Assembly (NCBI GenBank): GCA_038087875.1
Contig: CM075993.1
Span: forward strand, 7,628,183 to 7,692,000
DNA: 63,818 bases
Direction of reading: 5' to 3'
From: Malacoraja senta
Lineage: Eukaryota
Shown: positions 11,447-25,900 of the stretch, piece after piece
Layout of the letters: each line of letters opens with the position of its first letter
How positions within the stretch are numbered: the first letter of the stretch is position 1
Made by a program: the position numbers and the translations under genes
The notes under the pieces: model-generated
The model's database searches: none
Seen by the model: the letters and a program-made list of their open reading frames with translations, nothing else
What the model was told of the DNA's origin: nothing

Positions 11447-14400
11447 GTAAAGACTTAATGTTCACTTTGTCTCGTGTAATATCAAAGATTGACCCAAAAT
11501 GCTGGTGTAACTCAGCTGGTCAGACAGCATCTCTGTAGAAAAAGAATAGATGGCATTAGAGGGCAGCACGGTGGCGCAGCGGAAGCGTTGCTGCTTTACA
11601 GCGCTTGCAGCGCCGGAGACCCGGCTTCGATTCCGACTACAGGTGCTTGTCCGTACGGAGTTTGTACGTTCTCCCTGTGACCACGTGGGTTTTCTCCGAG
11701 CTCTTCGGTTTCCTCCCTCGAAACGAAACGTCGACCTCCACAGACACTGTTTGACCCGCTCAGTTCCTCCAGCAATATGTGTTTTTGTTCCAGACTGCAG
11801 CATCTGCAGTTCCACGTGGCACAATGAATTGTGAGACCTGGGATATCTCTTGCTAAGCATCGCGAGTCTTTTTCTGTGCTTTGTGCATTATTTCTATTGG
11901 AAATCCTCTCTTTATTTTTACAGGTTTTGGAACATTCCACATGTTGCTGTTGGTTATCTGTGGCTGGGCAAACGCCAGTGATGCCATTGAAATTCTGTGC
12001 GTGTCCTTCCTGCTTCCCACTGCCCGCTGTGACCTGCACCTTGGCACAGGCGAGATGGGTTGGCTTACAGCAAGCATCTTCCTAGGTAATTTTTCACCTT
12101 TTGCCTATTGAGCTCAATCTGACACCAACTCCCAGGGCTATACACAAAGTTAACAATCTGCAGAGTGAGGGGAAATTACTAACCTGGTTCATCTACATCC
12201 TTGGTGTGTCTTAAAGTACTTTGCATAAATGACATTGGTGCAGCTGGTAGAGATGTTGCCTCACAGCGTCAGAGACCCCGGTTCGATCCTGACCTCGGGT
12301 GCTATATGTGTGGAGTTTGCACGTTCTCCCTGTGACCTAGTGGGTTTTACTCCGAGTACTCTGGTTTCCTCCAACATCCCAAACACACGCGGGTTTGTCG
12401 GTTAATTGGCCTCTATAAATTGGCCTCAGTGTGTGTAGAGTGGATAAGAAAGTTGGATAACGTAGAACTAGTGTGAACAGGTGATCGATGGTCACTGTGG
12501 ACTCAGTGGTTTCATACTGTATCTCTAAGTAAGTATATAACTTTGAAATTACCATACAAAAAGTACAACAGTAAATTTATGCATATCACATTCACGCAAG
12601 TTGTGTATAATGACTGGGCTTCAGGCTAGCTAGGACACTGAGCAAATTTCCTCTGCTGCTCAATGATATAATACAAATGGGACTTTAGACAATGGACAAT
12701 AGACAATAGGTGCAGGAGTAGGCCATTCGGCCCTTCGAGCCATTCAATATGATCATGGCTGATCATCCGCAATCAGTACCCCGTTCCTGCCTTCTCCCCA
12801 TATCCCCTGACTCCACTATCTTTAAGAGCCCTATCGAGCTCTCTCTTGAAAGTATCCAGAGAACCGGCCTCCACCGCCCTCTGAGGCAGACTTTCTATGT
12901 TTCTCTGGTGGAAAAAGAAATTGGTGAAAGGGGCCCGATCCAAAATGTCACCTATCCATGTCCTTCAGAGATGCTGCCTTCCTCCAGCACATTTGTGTTT
13001 TTTTTTTTTTTGGGGGGGTAAACTAACACCTTTATTTCCTTGTTTCTCCATCGGTTTAATGTCTCAGTGAAAGGGTGGCGCTTTCAACAATGCAGCAATG
13101 TTCTTCCGCCCTATCGCCCTTCCTAATTACTTGCTGTACCTCCATGCTCAGTCCCTTGTGTATCATGCGAAGGGCTCCAGTTCCCTTTGCACCTCAACGT
13201 TTTGTCACCTCTATAGTATATAGGGCAGAGGAACAGGCCATTTGACCCCCAGGGTCTATGCTGAACATGATGTACTCCACCTAGAATAATTAAGAAAGAA
13301 CTGCAGATGCTGGAAAAATCGAAGGTAGACAAAAATGCTGGAGAAATTCAGCGGGTGAGGCAGCATTTATGGAACGAAGGAATAGGTGACGTTTCGGGTC
13401 TCAACCCGAAACGTCACCTATTCCTTCGCTCCATAGATGCTGCCTCACCCGCTGAGTTTCTCCAGCATCTTTGTCTACCCACTTGAAATAATGATCTTTT
13501 TTCATTCTTCCTTCAAAATGGATAACTTAACTTTTCCCCAAATTGTACTCCATCTGTCATTTTCTTGCCTGCTCACTTAAACTGTCCATATTCCGTTGGA
13601 GGCTCATTGTGGGCTTCTTTGCAAATTGGTAATCCATCCAACATTGCCTCATCAGCATTACTGACAATGCTACACTCCGTTCCTTCTTCCAAGTCATTAA
13701 TACAGATTGCATTTGTTAAACGAGGTTCCTCTACCGAATGCCAAGTTGAAAAAATAATCCATTTAGCCAGAAGGGAATGGACAATACAAGTGATGCTGGC
13801 TGAGAGAGGGGTGGTGAGAGATTTGTTAATGGCAGCTCTTCTGTCTGATGGTTGAGAGGTGTTCAGGTCGAAGGAGATGTTCACCAGAAAAAGCTCTTCA
13901 CTGTACCTCGGTACACATGACAATAATTCACACTTTTTCACACAGGGACAATATAGACAATAGGTGCAGGAGTAGGCCATTCGGTCCTTCGAGCCAGCAC
14001 CGCCATTCAATGTGATCATGGATGATCATCTCCGATCAGTACCCCATTCCTGCCTTCTCCCCATATCCCTGACTCCGCTATTTTTAAGAGCCCTATCTAG
14101 CGCTCTCTTGAAAGCATCCAGAGAACCCGCCTCTGCCTCCACCGCCCTCTGAGGCAGAGAATTCCACAGACTCGCCACTCTCTGTGAGAAAAAGTGTCTC
14201 CGTTCTAAATAGCTTACTCCTTATTCTTAAACTGTGGCCCCTGGTTCTGGACTCCCCCAACATCGGGAACATGTTCCCTGCCTCTATCTAGCGTGTCCAA
14301 ACCCTTAACAATCTTATATGTTTCAATGAGATGACCTCTCATCCTTCTAAACTCCAGTGTGTACAAGCCCAGCTGCTCCATTCTCTCAGCATATGACAGG

Positions 14401-17400
14401 GAGTTATGAGTCTGTGGAATTCTCTGCCTCAGAAGGCGGTGGAAGCTGGTTCTCTGGATGCTTTCAAGAGCTAGATGGAGCTCTTAAAGATAGCGGAGTC
14501 AGGGGATATGGGGAGAAGGCAGGAATGGGTTACTGATTGTGGATGATCAGCCATCATCACATTGAAGGGCGGTGCTGGCTCGAAGGGCTGAATGGCCTAC
14601 TCCTGCACCTATTGTCTATTGACTAAAACTATAATGCTGCGTGGATTAGAGGGTGTTATCTATAAGGAGAGGTTGGACAGATTTGGAATGCCAGAGGTTG
14701 AGGGTAGACCTGCTGGAAGTATATACAATTCTGAGTGGGGTAGACAGTCAGAATGTTTTCCCCAGGGGGGAGATGTCAAGGACTGGAGGGCATAGCTCTA
14801 AGGTGAGAGGGGCAACATTTAAAGGAGATACGTAAAGTAAATGATCTTCCACTGAGAGTGATGGGTGCATGGAAAGTGCTGACAGGGGTGGTGCTGGAGG
14901 CAGAAATGATAGGGGGCATTTAAGAAGCTTCTAGATAGGCATCTGATAAAAGCAGGGAATGGGGGAATATAGATCACGTGCAGGCAGCGGAGATTAGTTT
15001 AACTTGGTGTCATGTTCGGCAGGGACAATGTGGGCCGAACAGCCTGCTCCTGTGCTGTACTGTTCTATGGGATGGTAATAGGGGGAGAAACTAAATATTC
15101 TGAGATGTAGACCTCAACAGTGCTGCTGACTTTCATTGAACTATTGAGAATTTTCCACATTTTCTGTTTTTATTTAAGGTTTGAAACATTTGCATTTTGA
15201 TTTTGCCTTTTCGATGACAGATGTCTTTTTCCACTTATCAATCAATCAATCAATCAATCAATCACGTTTTATTCTTACCTTGTCTGTACACCTGGACGTC
15301 CGCAGCGGCGACTGCGGAGGGTTGAGGTCCCGACCACGGGGGGAAATGGAGGAGGACTGGCCAAATTTTGTGCCTTCCACCACAGTGAATGTTTGTGTAC
15401 ATTTTTTTATTGTGTATTGAGTGTTCTTTTTCATTGTGCCGCTGCTGGCAAATTCATTTCACTTGCACTTATGTGCAAGTGACGAATCAAGTTTTATTCG
15501 TCACTTGCACATAAGTCCAAGTAAGTCCTGAATCAGTGCCTCCCCACCGAGATGGTGTAGGCCGCAGGCCGGCGGTCGAAGATTTAAAGTCCCCGCGGCG
15601 CCTCAGCCAGAAGCACCGCAGACTGCAGGGCCGGCGGTCAGAGCTCCTCTCCAGGGATCCCAGGCTCCGGATGGTAAGTCCCCGCCGCGCCCGCGATAGA
15701 AGTTGGCCGCGGGCTGGCGGTCGGAGCTCTTCTCCTCCAGGGTCCCCAACGAGGGATCCCAGGCTGCGGACGCTGCGCCAGCTGGAGCTCCACAGACCGC
15801 GGCTTCAGGCTGCCGCGGGCCAGCGAACGGAGCGCGACCCCCGGCGAGGGCTCGCCCACTCCGCGACGAAAGTCCGCGCTGCGCCCGCAGCTGAAGCCCC
15901 GGGCGCGTCTCCGGGAAAGGCCGCACCGATCCTTGCTGTTAGGCCACGGGGGAGGAGACCGAAATGGTTTCCCCCTTACCCCCCCCACACCACCCCCCAC
16001 ACAAGACACACAAAGAAACATTAAAAACATACATTAAGACACACGAAAGAAACAAAAAAAGTTGGAAAAAACGAACACGCTGCTGGCAGGGCTGTCGACT
16101 AGCAGCGCCCCCACCGACCAATGTTTACCTTTCCTACCACTTTTCACTCTGCTTTTTTCCCTCATTTTACTGTACCTTTAATATTAAGTGCTTCATTTTA
16201 CATCACTGCCCGCATCTTTTTCTAGCTGAATAATATTTTCTAACTACAGCTTTAAATGCACACCATGTTATTTGTACATTTCTAATAACTTCTTCGACAG
16301 ACTTTAGAAGTGATATTTTTGTACAGAGGTAGGTATGCATGATTAATAAACATACCTATCATGTGGCCGGAAAGCAAAATAATGTTTTTTTAAAGAGGTA
16401 TCTATACACCATACCGGTGGATATCTTCACAAAAAAGCTCTGGTCTTTGGGTATAATATCATTATGATTTAATAAACTCAAATTGTGACTGTAACTAGGT
16501 AACTCATTGGCTGAATAAATAAACACTGTGGTGCACCTGCAATGTTCTTTTCAAGACTTTGTAGAGTCAAAGATCACACAACACAGAATCAGGCCATTCG
16601 GCCCACCATGTCACTGCTGAACATCAATTTCCCATCTCTACTAACCCCATTTACTAGCAATTGGTCAGTGCCCTTCTGTAGCTTGGCAATTCAATATTGC
16701 AAGAGCAGCTGGCCTCCTCCTCAGACAGTACATTCCAGATTCCACCATCCCTGGCGGGGTGGGGGGGTTAACAAAAAATCTTCCTTGAATCCCCACTCAA
16801 CTTGCATCGCTCAGTTTTTGACACCTCTTTTGGCCACAAGTCTAATATCATGCCATCGTCACCTCTTATCAGAGTCGTGTATACCAAGGTGCCTCTCTTC
16901 CTCCATACATTCTAGTCCCTTCCCTTTCATTGTGTTATACCCTACTCTTATTAGTCTTTCTAAAGTGTATTACCTTGCACTTATTAAATTCCACCTGTCA
17001 TTGCTCTGCCTGCTTTATTAACTGATCAATATCTTCCTAAGAACAGATCAATGTCTTCCTAAGACTATTCGCATTCAATACAACCACCGTTTTTTGTGTC
17101 TACTGCAACTTGCTGATCATACGTCCAATACGTAACTAAATCATTATTGAACAGTAAAACTAATAATCTAACACCCTGGGCATATTGTTGTTGGGCTATT
17201 AGATTTTTCCAGCCTGTTAGCGATGTTATTCCACTTAATACCCCAACACACTTTAAATGCATAGGAAGGAAATGCATAGAAAGGAACTGCAGATGCTGGT
17301 TTAAACCAAAGAAGAGTCTTCTGAAGAAGCATCTCGACCCGAAACGTCACCCATTCCTTCTCTCCAGAGGTGCTGCCTGTCCCGCTGAGTTACTCCAGCA

Positions 17401-19888
17401 TTTTGTGTCTATCCACACTTTAAATGCACTTTTTAGAAATTGCACAGTATTATAACAATATTTCCAGTGAATCGAATAAGTTAAAAGTTGCGCAGCAACC
17501 AGACCTACTGAGTTTTGGGGAACTACAACTGTGTTTTTCGTGATTTTCGGGGAATCACATTTTTCTATTTTTTCTGAAACTTCTCGCGTAGCTATTTTGT
17601 GCCGTCAGCAACATCTTGCCTATTTAGGTGCCTAAACTAAAAGGAAAAGTATGGAAAATAAAATAGATAGTATCAAAATCTGTGAAGGCAAATGATGAGT
17701 TTAAGTTTAGTTTATTGTCACCTGCACTGAGATACAGTGAAAAGTCTTTGTTGCTTGCCAACCAGTCAGCGGAAAGACAATACATGATTCCAATCGAGCC
17801 GTCCACAGTGTACGGATAAAGGGAATACCGTGAATGACGTTTAGTGCAAGATAGAGTCCAATAAAGTCCAATCAAAGATAGTTTGTGTGTCTCGAATGAA
17901 GTAGATAGTAGCTCAGGACCGCTCTCTAGTTGTGGGTAGGATGGTTCAGTTGCCTGATAACTGCTGGGAAGAAAGTGTCCCTGAATCTGGAGGTGTGCTT
18001 TACTTCACTTCTTTACCTCTTACCCGATGGAAGCAGAGAGAAGAGGGAGTGGCCGGTTTCTAATTTCCTTGGCATTTTGTTTCATTGCTGCTCTTGATAC
18101 AACATTTCTTGTCTGTCAGTAAAAGGCCCATCATGTGTGCCAAAATATTATTTAATGTCTTAAAAGTTTTTTTTTTCACGACAAGAATCTCGAGGATGTT
18201 ATGAAGATTGGTGCAGGGGGCAGCGCAGAGGCTGCCTTACAGCACCAGAGACCTGGGTTCAATCCTGACCACAGCTGCGGTCTGTACGGAGTGTGTACGT
18301 TCTTCCTGTGACCTGTGTGGGTTTTCTCCGGGTGCTCCGGTTTTTGCCCACATTCCAAAGCCATGCAGGTTTCTAGGTTAATTGCCCCTCTGTAAATTGT
18401 CCTGATTGTGTAGGATAGAGCTACAGTAGGTGTGATTGCTGGTGGGCCGAAGGGCCTGTTTCCATGCTGCATCCCTAAACTAAACTCAACTGGAACAGAG
18501 CGGGTGGAAACTGGTTGGGGTTTAGAATAGTTTCTGTAAGTGGATTTAAAACATCTTGGGGATTGCCTATGGCAGCACTTGAATCCTGAGCTATATTTAT
18601 CCATCTTTTAAAGTGGTTTTATTATAAACAAGACTTGATCATCATAATGTTTTTATTTCATATTGTCTTTTGAGCCAACAAGCCAATGCCCACTCGCAGT
18701 CCATTCCTGTCAAGCCCATTGCCCCACAACCTATTTCTCACCCACTCTAAGAGTGACTTACAGTAGCCAATTAACCTTCCAACAAGTGCATATTGGAGTG
18801 CGAGAAGAAATTGGATCACAGGTGGAACGTGCAAACTCCACATGGATAGCACCCAAGTTCTAGATTGAACACAGGTCCCTGTCTTAATTCAGGTAAACAT
18901 CCCCTTCCCCCACCTTCATAAGTTTCTAAGTGATAGGAGAAGAATTAGGCCATTCGGCCCATCAAGTCTACTCCGACATCCAATCATGGCTGATCTAGCT
19001 CTCCCTTCTAACCCCATTCTCCTGCCTTCTCCCCATAACCCCTGACACCCGTACTAATCAACAATCCATCTATCTCTGCCATTAAGATATCCATTAATGG
19101 CCTCCACAGCCTTCTGTGGCAGTGAATTCCACAGATTTGCCACCCTCTCATCTACCTGCCCTCCCCCCCCCCCCGCCTACCCGTACACATCTTTCTTTCC
19201 ACTGCCCCTGTCACCCTGTTCTTTTCCACTACTTATACACTCATCTTTAAGTCTCCCATTTTTGTTCCTCCCCATCCATCCCCCATACCTTTCCACCCTC
19301 TATCCCTCCCTCTCGTTCTGTCTTTCATTCCCCATTTTCCTTCCTTATCATGTGTTCCCTTTTGTCTCCACTTCTCCAGTCTTTGGTACTATTTCCACCC
19401 ATCTGCTAATGACCTGAATTAATCCATCACTTTGCAATTCTTCCTCCACCCCTTCTCCCACCTCTCCCATCAGTCTGAAGAAGGGTCCTGTTCATTTCTC
19501 CCCATGGATGCTGAATGCTTCTAAGCAGTTTGTTTTCTTTTGATCAAGATTCCAGCTACTACTGTCTCTTGTGTCTTCACTGTTCAACTTCATTGGCTTT
19601 AGAGTGCTTTTGGGTTTACTGAGATCGCCAGGATCCAAATCAAGTTATAAATCTAGTACAAAGAGTTCAGAGGCTATGGAATACAGTGCCAGAGCTGATG
19701 ATTTGTTAGTGAGCGTTTAAGGATAGCTCCTTTATGTGGTTGAGGAGAGGAGAATACTTGGCTGTGAATAGCACAGTCATGGGGAAAGAAACTCAGCAGG
19801 TCAGGCAGCATCTCTGGAGAACGTGGATAGGTGACGTTTCAGGCTGGGACTCTTCTTTAGACTAATTGTTGGGGGTGGGGGGGGGAAA

Positions 19889-19925
<37 letters not shown>

Positions 19926-22900
19926 GCAGGAGGAAGCTTCACACATCATAGATAGACACAGGTGAGGGGGTGGGGGGGGGGGGGTTGACCGGCAGCTGGT
20001 TGGAACTAAGGCCAGAGATTAAAACAGAAGGATTGAGGCCGGCTGATGGAAGAGTTGTAAATTGTGAAATCAGAGGAAGGAACGTGGGGTGGGGGGGGGG
20101 GGGAATAGGTACAATGAGGGGCACAGGGGAGGGGTGAGGAGTAAAGGGGGGGGGCGGTGTTGATGCAGTTCCTTGTTTCTACAGCATGATGAATTTGGAC
20201 TCTTGTGAAGAAGGTAATCCAGCAGAGATTCTGGTGCTGAATGTCCTGTCTTTGTGCACTAACATCAATCCATACTGCTGCCCAAGCGAAACATGAGGAC
20301 TGGTTCTAAAAACACAGTCTCTATGGATTATTACACGGACTTGTTTTGGTGCTGTAGATGGCAATCTCCTTGTGATTACCCTGATGGAATCTAGCTCGTT
20401 GTCCATTACGGTGAGGGGGCATTTGTTTTCTGATGTTATGTACACGTTTCAACTTAACATCAACATGGACAGAGAGATGAACATTCGGTATTCTAAGAGC
20501 GACTCTAGAGGTTAGTGAGCCATTTACTCTAGAGGTCTCACCTCGTTACTCCAGCTGCCACTGTCAAATGGAGGGGATTGGCACCTCTCAGAAGAACCAT
20601 TGTGAAGTGAAGCGTTTCGAGACGTCATTTATTTCACTCCACTGGTCTCAAGAAGGGTCTCAACCCGGAACGTCACAATAGACAATAGACAGGAGTAGGC
20701 CATTCGGCCCTTCGAGCCAGCACCGCGAGCCAGCACCGCCATTCAATGTGATCATGGCTGATCATCCCCAATCAGTACCCCGTTCCTGGCTTCTCCCCAT
20801 ATCTCCCGACACTGCTATTTTTAAGAGCCCTATCTAGCTCTCTCTTGAAAGCATCCAGAGAACCTGCCTCCACCGCCCTCTGAGGCAGAGAATTCCACAG
20901 ACTCACCACTCTCTGTGAGAAAAAGTGTTTCCTCGTCTCCGTTCTAAATGGCTTACTCCTTATTCTTAAACTGTGGCCCCTGGTTCGGGACTCCCCCAAC
21001 ATCGGGAACATGTTTCCTGCCTCTAGTGTGTCCAAGCCCTTAACAATCTTATATGTTTCAATGAGATCTCCTCTCATCCTTCAAAACTCCAGAGTGTACA
21101 AGCCCAGCTGCTCCATTCTCTCAGCATATGACAGTCCCGCCATCCCGGGAATTAACCTTGTAAACCTACGCTGCACTCCCTCAATAGCAAGAATGTCCTT
21201 CCGCAAATTAAGGGGACCAAAACTGCACATAATACTCCAGGTGTGGTCTCACTAGGGCCCTGTACAACTGCAGAAGGACCTCTTTGCTCCTATATTCGAT
21301 TCCTCTTGTTATAAAGGCCAACACGCTTTCTTCACTGCCTGCTGTACCTGCATGCTTACTTTCATAGACTGATTTACAAGGACCCCCAGATCCCGTTGTA
21401 CTTCCCCTTTTCCCAACTTGATGCCATTTAGATAATCACCTATCCATGTTCTCCGGCGATGCTGTCTGGCCTGCTGAGTTACACCAGCACTTTGTGCATT
21501 AACCTGCATCTGCAGTTCCCTTGTTTCTACTGCAGTGAAATAGAAGTAATTGTCTGGCATTTGGGATGTCTGGGCCCATCAGTACAGGTCATCATCAGGC
21601 TTTCATCTGCCAGTAATGCTGTTACTTCTGAACATTTCAAAATCTAGGATAGACACAAAATGCTGGAGTAACTCAGTGGGACAGGCAGCATCTCTGGAGA
21701 GAAGGAATGGGTGAGGGTTCGGGTCGAGACCCTTCTTCAGACAAAATCCAGGTTCTCCTTGGCACACAGTCTTGCTTCAGTTAACCCATTGACTCCTAGT
21801 TTAATGTTAGTGTCCATCTTGGTGCGGTCGAACAAATTGAGTGCTCGGACCGTACTTGCTGAGTTCCCCACAGTTGTGCAGCTGGAAGAACAGCCGCCTC
21901 AGAGCATCAGAGACCCGGGTTTGACCCTGACCTCGGGTGCTGTCTGTGTGGAGTTTGCATGTTCTCCCTCTGTCTGCGTGGGTTTCCTCTGGGTGCTCTG
22001 GTTTCCTTCCACATCCCAAAGACGTGGGGTTTGTCTGCTAAGTAGAGCTGCGGGTTTCATTCTGACCTCGGGAGGTGTCTCCCTGTGACAGCGTCTCTTC
22101 CACCCAGGTGCTCCGGTTCAGTGGTACTTTGGTGTCACGAGCAGCTAAGTGAAATTCTTTTTTTTCCATACAGTTCCGTGACAATCCTACCATACATTCG
22201 GCACAATCAGACTAAGTATAAGAGTGTAAGAGTCAAGCACACTGAGTCAGAGTACCAGAGTTGACACGTTTCAGGCAGCCATCTTGCCCCTGTCAAGTCC
22301 AAAGCTTTCACAAAAAAATGTTAAAGTCTTAACCTGGCCATAAAGGCCTGTTGTCCTGGTGGTGGTGGCACTGGGTCAGAGTTGCAGGGTTCGTCCTAGC
22401 CAAGCAATGTGTTTGTTGATGTCCTCCACCACAGCTCTGCCACTCTGTGCTGCTGTTGGCCATGTCCAATCTAATGGAGCCCAGGCCTCCGCAGTCCAAA
22501 TAGTCCACCATTCCGGAGCATTGACCCCGTCCATTGCTCATCCACCATGCCCTGATGCATGCCCAAAGGTGTGTGGGTTTTCAGGTTAGTTGGCCTCTCT
22601 AAATTGCCCCTAGTGTGTAGGGAGCGGATGAGAAAGGGGGGATAACGTAGAACTAGTGTGAACAGGTGATTGAAGATTAGCATGGGCTTGGTGGGCCAAA
22701 GGGCCTGCTTCCATGCTGTATCTAAACTGAACCTCATCGATGCTCTGGGCTCAATTATTGCACCAAAATTCAAGCATCTGATCTAAACCTGTGGACATGG
22801 TTTCATTTTGAGATGTTATTCCAAAACTCCATCAATTTAGTGAGTGACAAAGGTCCCGAACACAATTGGAAAGAAACTGAGGGAGTTCTTGTGGCTTTTT

Positions 22901-25900
22901 GTCAAAAATCCCTCTCTCAATTGGTTCCCGGAGAAAGGAAAGGATTATTGGACCATTTAACCAATGTGCTGTTTGTGGAAGCTTGCTGTGTACAAGTTCA
23001 CAGGCACACTATGCCCCAAAATTGAATGTCAATGTAGGATTAAGATACAAGCCTCCAGATAGCATGGTATCCAGGCTTACAATGAGTGTTTCTCCCCGTC
23101 TATGCAGGTATGATGATCGGGGGCTACATGTGGGGGGCACTCGCAGACCTGAAAGGTCGTCAGAGAATTCTAGTGCTCTCGTTAACAGTGAATGGGGTCT
23201 TTGGAGCAACATCGAGCCTGGCAACTAATTTCTGGACGTTTCTATTGTTGCGATTCTGTAGTGGAGTTGGGTGAGTAATGGGTCAGGCTCCTGCTTGCCT
23301 TCCTTCCCGGCTTTGTGGAGGTGCTGCTTCTTGGGTACTCCTACAGGATCAAGGTTGCCTTGTTTCCATACTGGGTTTATGGGTCCTGATGAGGTCCATG
23401 TGAGCAGAATGGGCAGGAGGTGTCTGATGGGGCAGGTGGCTAGTTGGTGAGGTGGTGCACTCCTTCTGCTGGTATCTCAATACCTCCGTGTGGCCCCAAT
23501 GCATGGCCTTGAGGTTCTCAATACCATCCCAAATGCTCCTCCTCCACTTGAATAGAGGTGGGGTGAGGAGTTGGTGGGGTTGTTGCATTTCCATAAGGAG
23601 GGTTTAAGAACATCCTTGAATCTTCCTCTCTGTCCACCGGCGATCTTCCGACAGAGCTCAGAGTGGAGTACCTGTCAGGAGACTGCTGTCATGGGTGTGA
23701 ACAACGAGGTGAGCCCATTGTGTGCAGTTTTGGTCTCCTAATTTGAAAAAGGACATTCTTGCTATTGAGGGAACGCAGCGTAGGTTCGCCAGGTTAATCC
23801 CCAGGATGGCAGGACTGACATATGATGAAAGAATGGGTCAACTGGGCTTGTATTCACTGGAATTTAGTAGGATGAGAGGGGATCTTATAGAAACATGTAA
23901 AATTCTTACGGGATTGGACAGGCTAGCTGCAGGGAAAATGTTCCCCATGTTGGGGGAGTCCAGAACCAGGGGTCACAGTTTAAGAATAAGAGGTTGGCCA
24001 TTTAGGACTGAGATGAGGAAAAACGTTTACACCCAGAGAGTTGTGAATCTGTGGAATTCTCTGCCACATAAGGTAGTGGAGGCCAATTCACTGGATGTTT
24101 CCAAGAGAGAATTAGATATAGCTCTTAGGAAATGTAGGGATATGGGGAGAAAGCAGGATCGGTGTACTGATTTTGGATGATCAGCCATGATCATGGCGGT
24201 GCTGGCTGGAAGGGCCGAATGGCCTACTCCTGCACCTATTTTCCATGGCTAACTGAGTGTAACTAGGACCTCCCTGTTGGGGATATTCCCCTGCGAGAGG
24301 ATGTGACGGATTTAGTTTAGTTTAGAGACAGCACAGAACCGTGCAACTTTGGCCCACCGAGTCCATGCCGACCAGCGATCACACAAGTTCTATCTTATCC
24401 CACTTCCCCAACCGCTCCCCGCACATGAGGGGCAATTCAGAGGTCAATTAACCTACAAACCTGCATGTCTTTGGGATGAGGGAGGAAACCGGAGCACCCC
24501 GAAGATACCCATACAGTCACAGGAAGAACATGCAAACTCCACAGACACAGCACCCAAGGTCGGGATCAAACCTGGGTCTCTACCAGCTGTGCCACCGTGC
24601 TGCCCATTGTACAGTACTATAAGGGTCGATGCTTGGGCCCCCTACTGATCAGCAATTCAACCAAGGTGACCAAATGCAATAGTTTGTTGATGCAAAGCTT
24701 AAGTAGGAATGCGAGTTTAGAGAGAGGCTTCAAGAGGATACAGAACAAGTTGCATGAGTGGGCAACGCTGTGGTAAATGAAATATGGAGTGGAAAAATGT
24801 TGAGCTTCTCCTCAGTAGAAAAACAATTTTTTTAATGTGGTGGTTGGTTAGTGAATATTGATGCTCATAGACCTGGATGTCTTGATTAGTACAGGTGTCA
24901 GAGGTTATGGGGAGAAGGCAGGAGAATGGGGTTCGGAGGGAGAGATAGTTCAGCCATGATTGAATGGCGGAGTAAATGGCGGTCTAATTCTATCACATGA
25001 TCTTATGATGTTTTAGTATACGTCATTGAAAGCTCGCGTGTAGCTAGAGCAGGCAGATAGGTAGGTAAATACTCAAATCATGTATGACCGTGGTGAAAAC
25101 ATACATCGAAACCTAGGATGTCATACAATTGTAGAGGGCGGCACGGAGGCGCAGCGGTAGAGTTTCTGCCTTAAGGGCCTGCCCCACTTTCACAACCTAA
25201 TTTACAACCTCTGCCGAGTTTGCCCTTGACTCATACTCACAGCATGGTCGTCACGAGGTCGTAGGTAGGTCGTGATGCTAGTCGTAGGTACTCGTGGCAT
25301 CAAGTAGGTCGGGGTGTTTTTTCAACATGATGAAAAATGTCCACGAGTAAAAAAGGTGAATTAGGTCGTGAAAGTGGGACAGGCCCTTTGCAGCACTTAC
25401 AGCGCCAGAGACCCGGGTTCGATCCTGACTATGGATGTTTTCTGTACGGAGTTTGTACAATCTCCCCGTGACCTGCGTGGGTTTTCTCCGAGATCTTTGG
25501 TTTCCTCCCACAGTCCAAAGACGTACAGGTTTGTAGGTTAATTGGTTTGGTATAAGTGTAAATTGTCCCTAGTGTGTGTAGGAAAGTGTTAATGTGTTGG
25601 GATCACCGGTCGGTGCGGACTCGGTGGGCTGAAGGGCCTGATTCCACGCTGTATCTCTAAACTAAACTAAACACAGAAATGGGCCCTTGTCCATGCCATG
25701 TTTTTGCCCATCTACAGGATCCTATTTGGACCATATTCTCCAGTGATGTGCCTATTTATGTGTGCGTCTAAATGCCTCTTAAACATATTAATAATATCTG
25801 ACTCCAACTACTAATCATTGAGCGAGTTCCAGGTGTCACCCACCCTGTGTGTTCTTGCCTTCTCAGTTTCTATTTTTTAAAACCCGTTTCTCCTCCCAAA

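Noticed and set aside
15536..16030. Cluster of overlapping Arg/Pro-rich ORFs and CpG-island-like composition (also 27430-27987)
   Set aside because: GC-rich interspersed repeat; ORFs in several frames without domain motifs.
17480..17620. GAACTACAACT and TTCTCGCGTA resembling ZNF143- and BANP-type promoter motifs
   Set aside because: Both are incomplete matches and there is no other promoter evidence.
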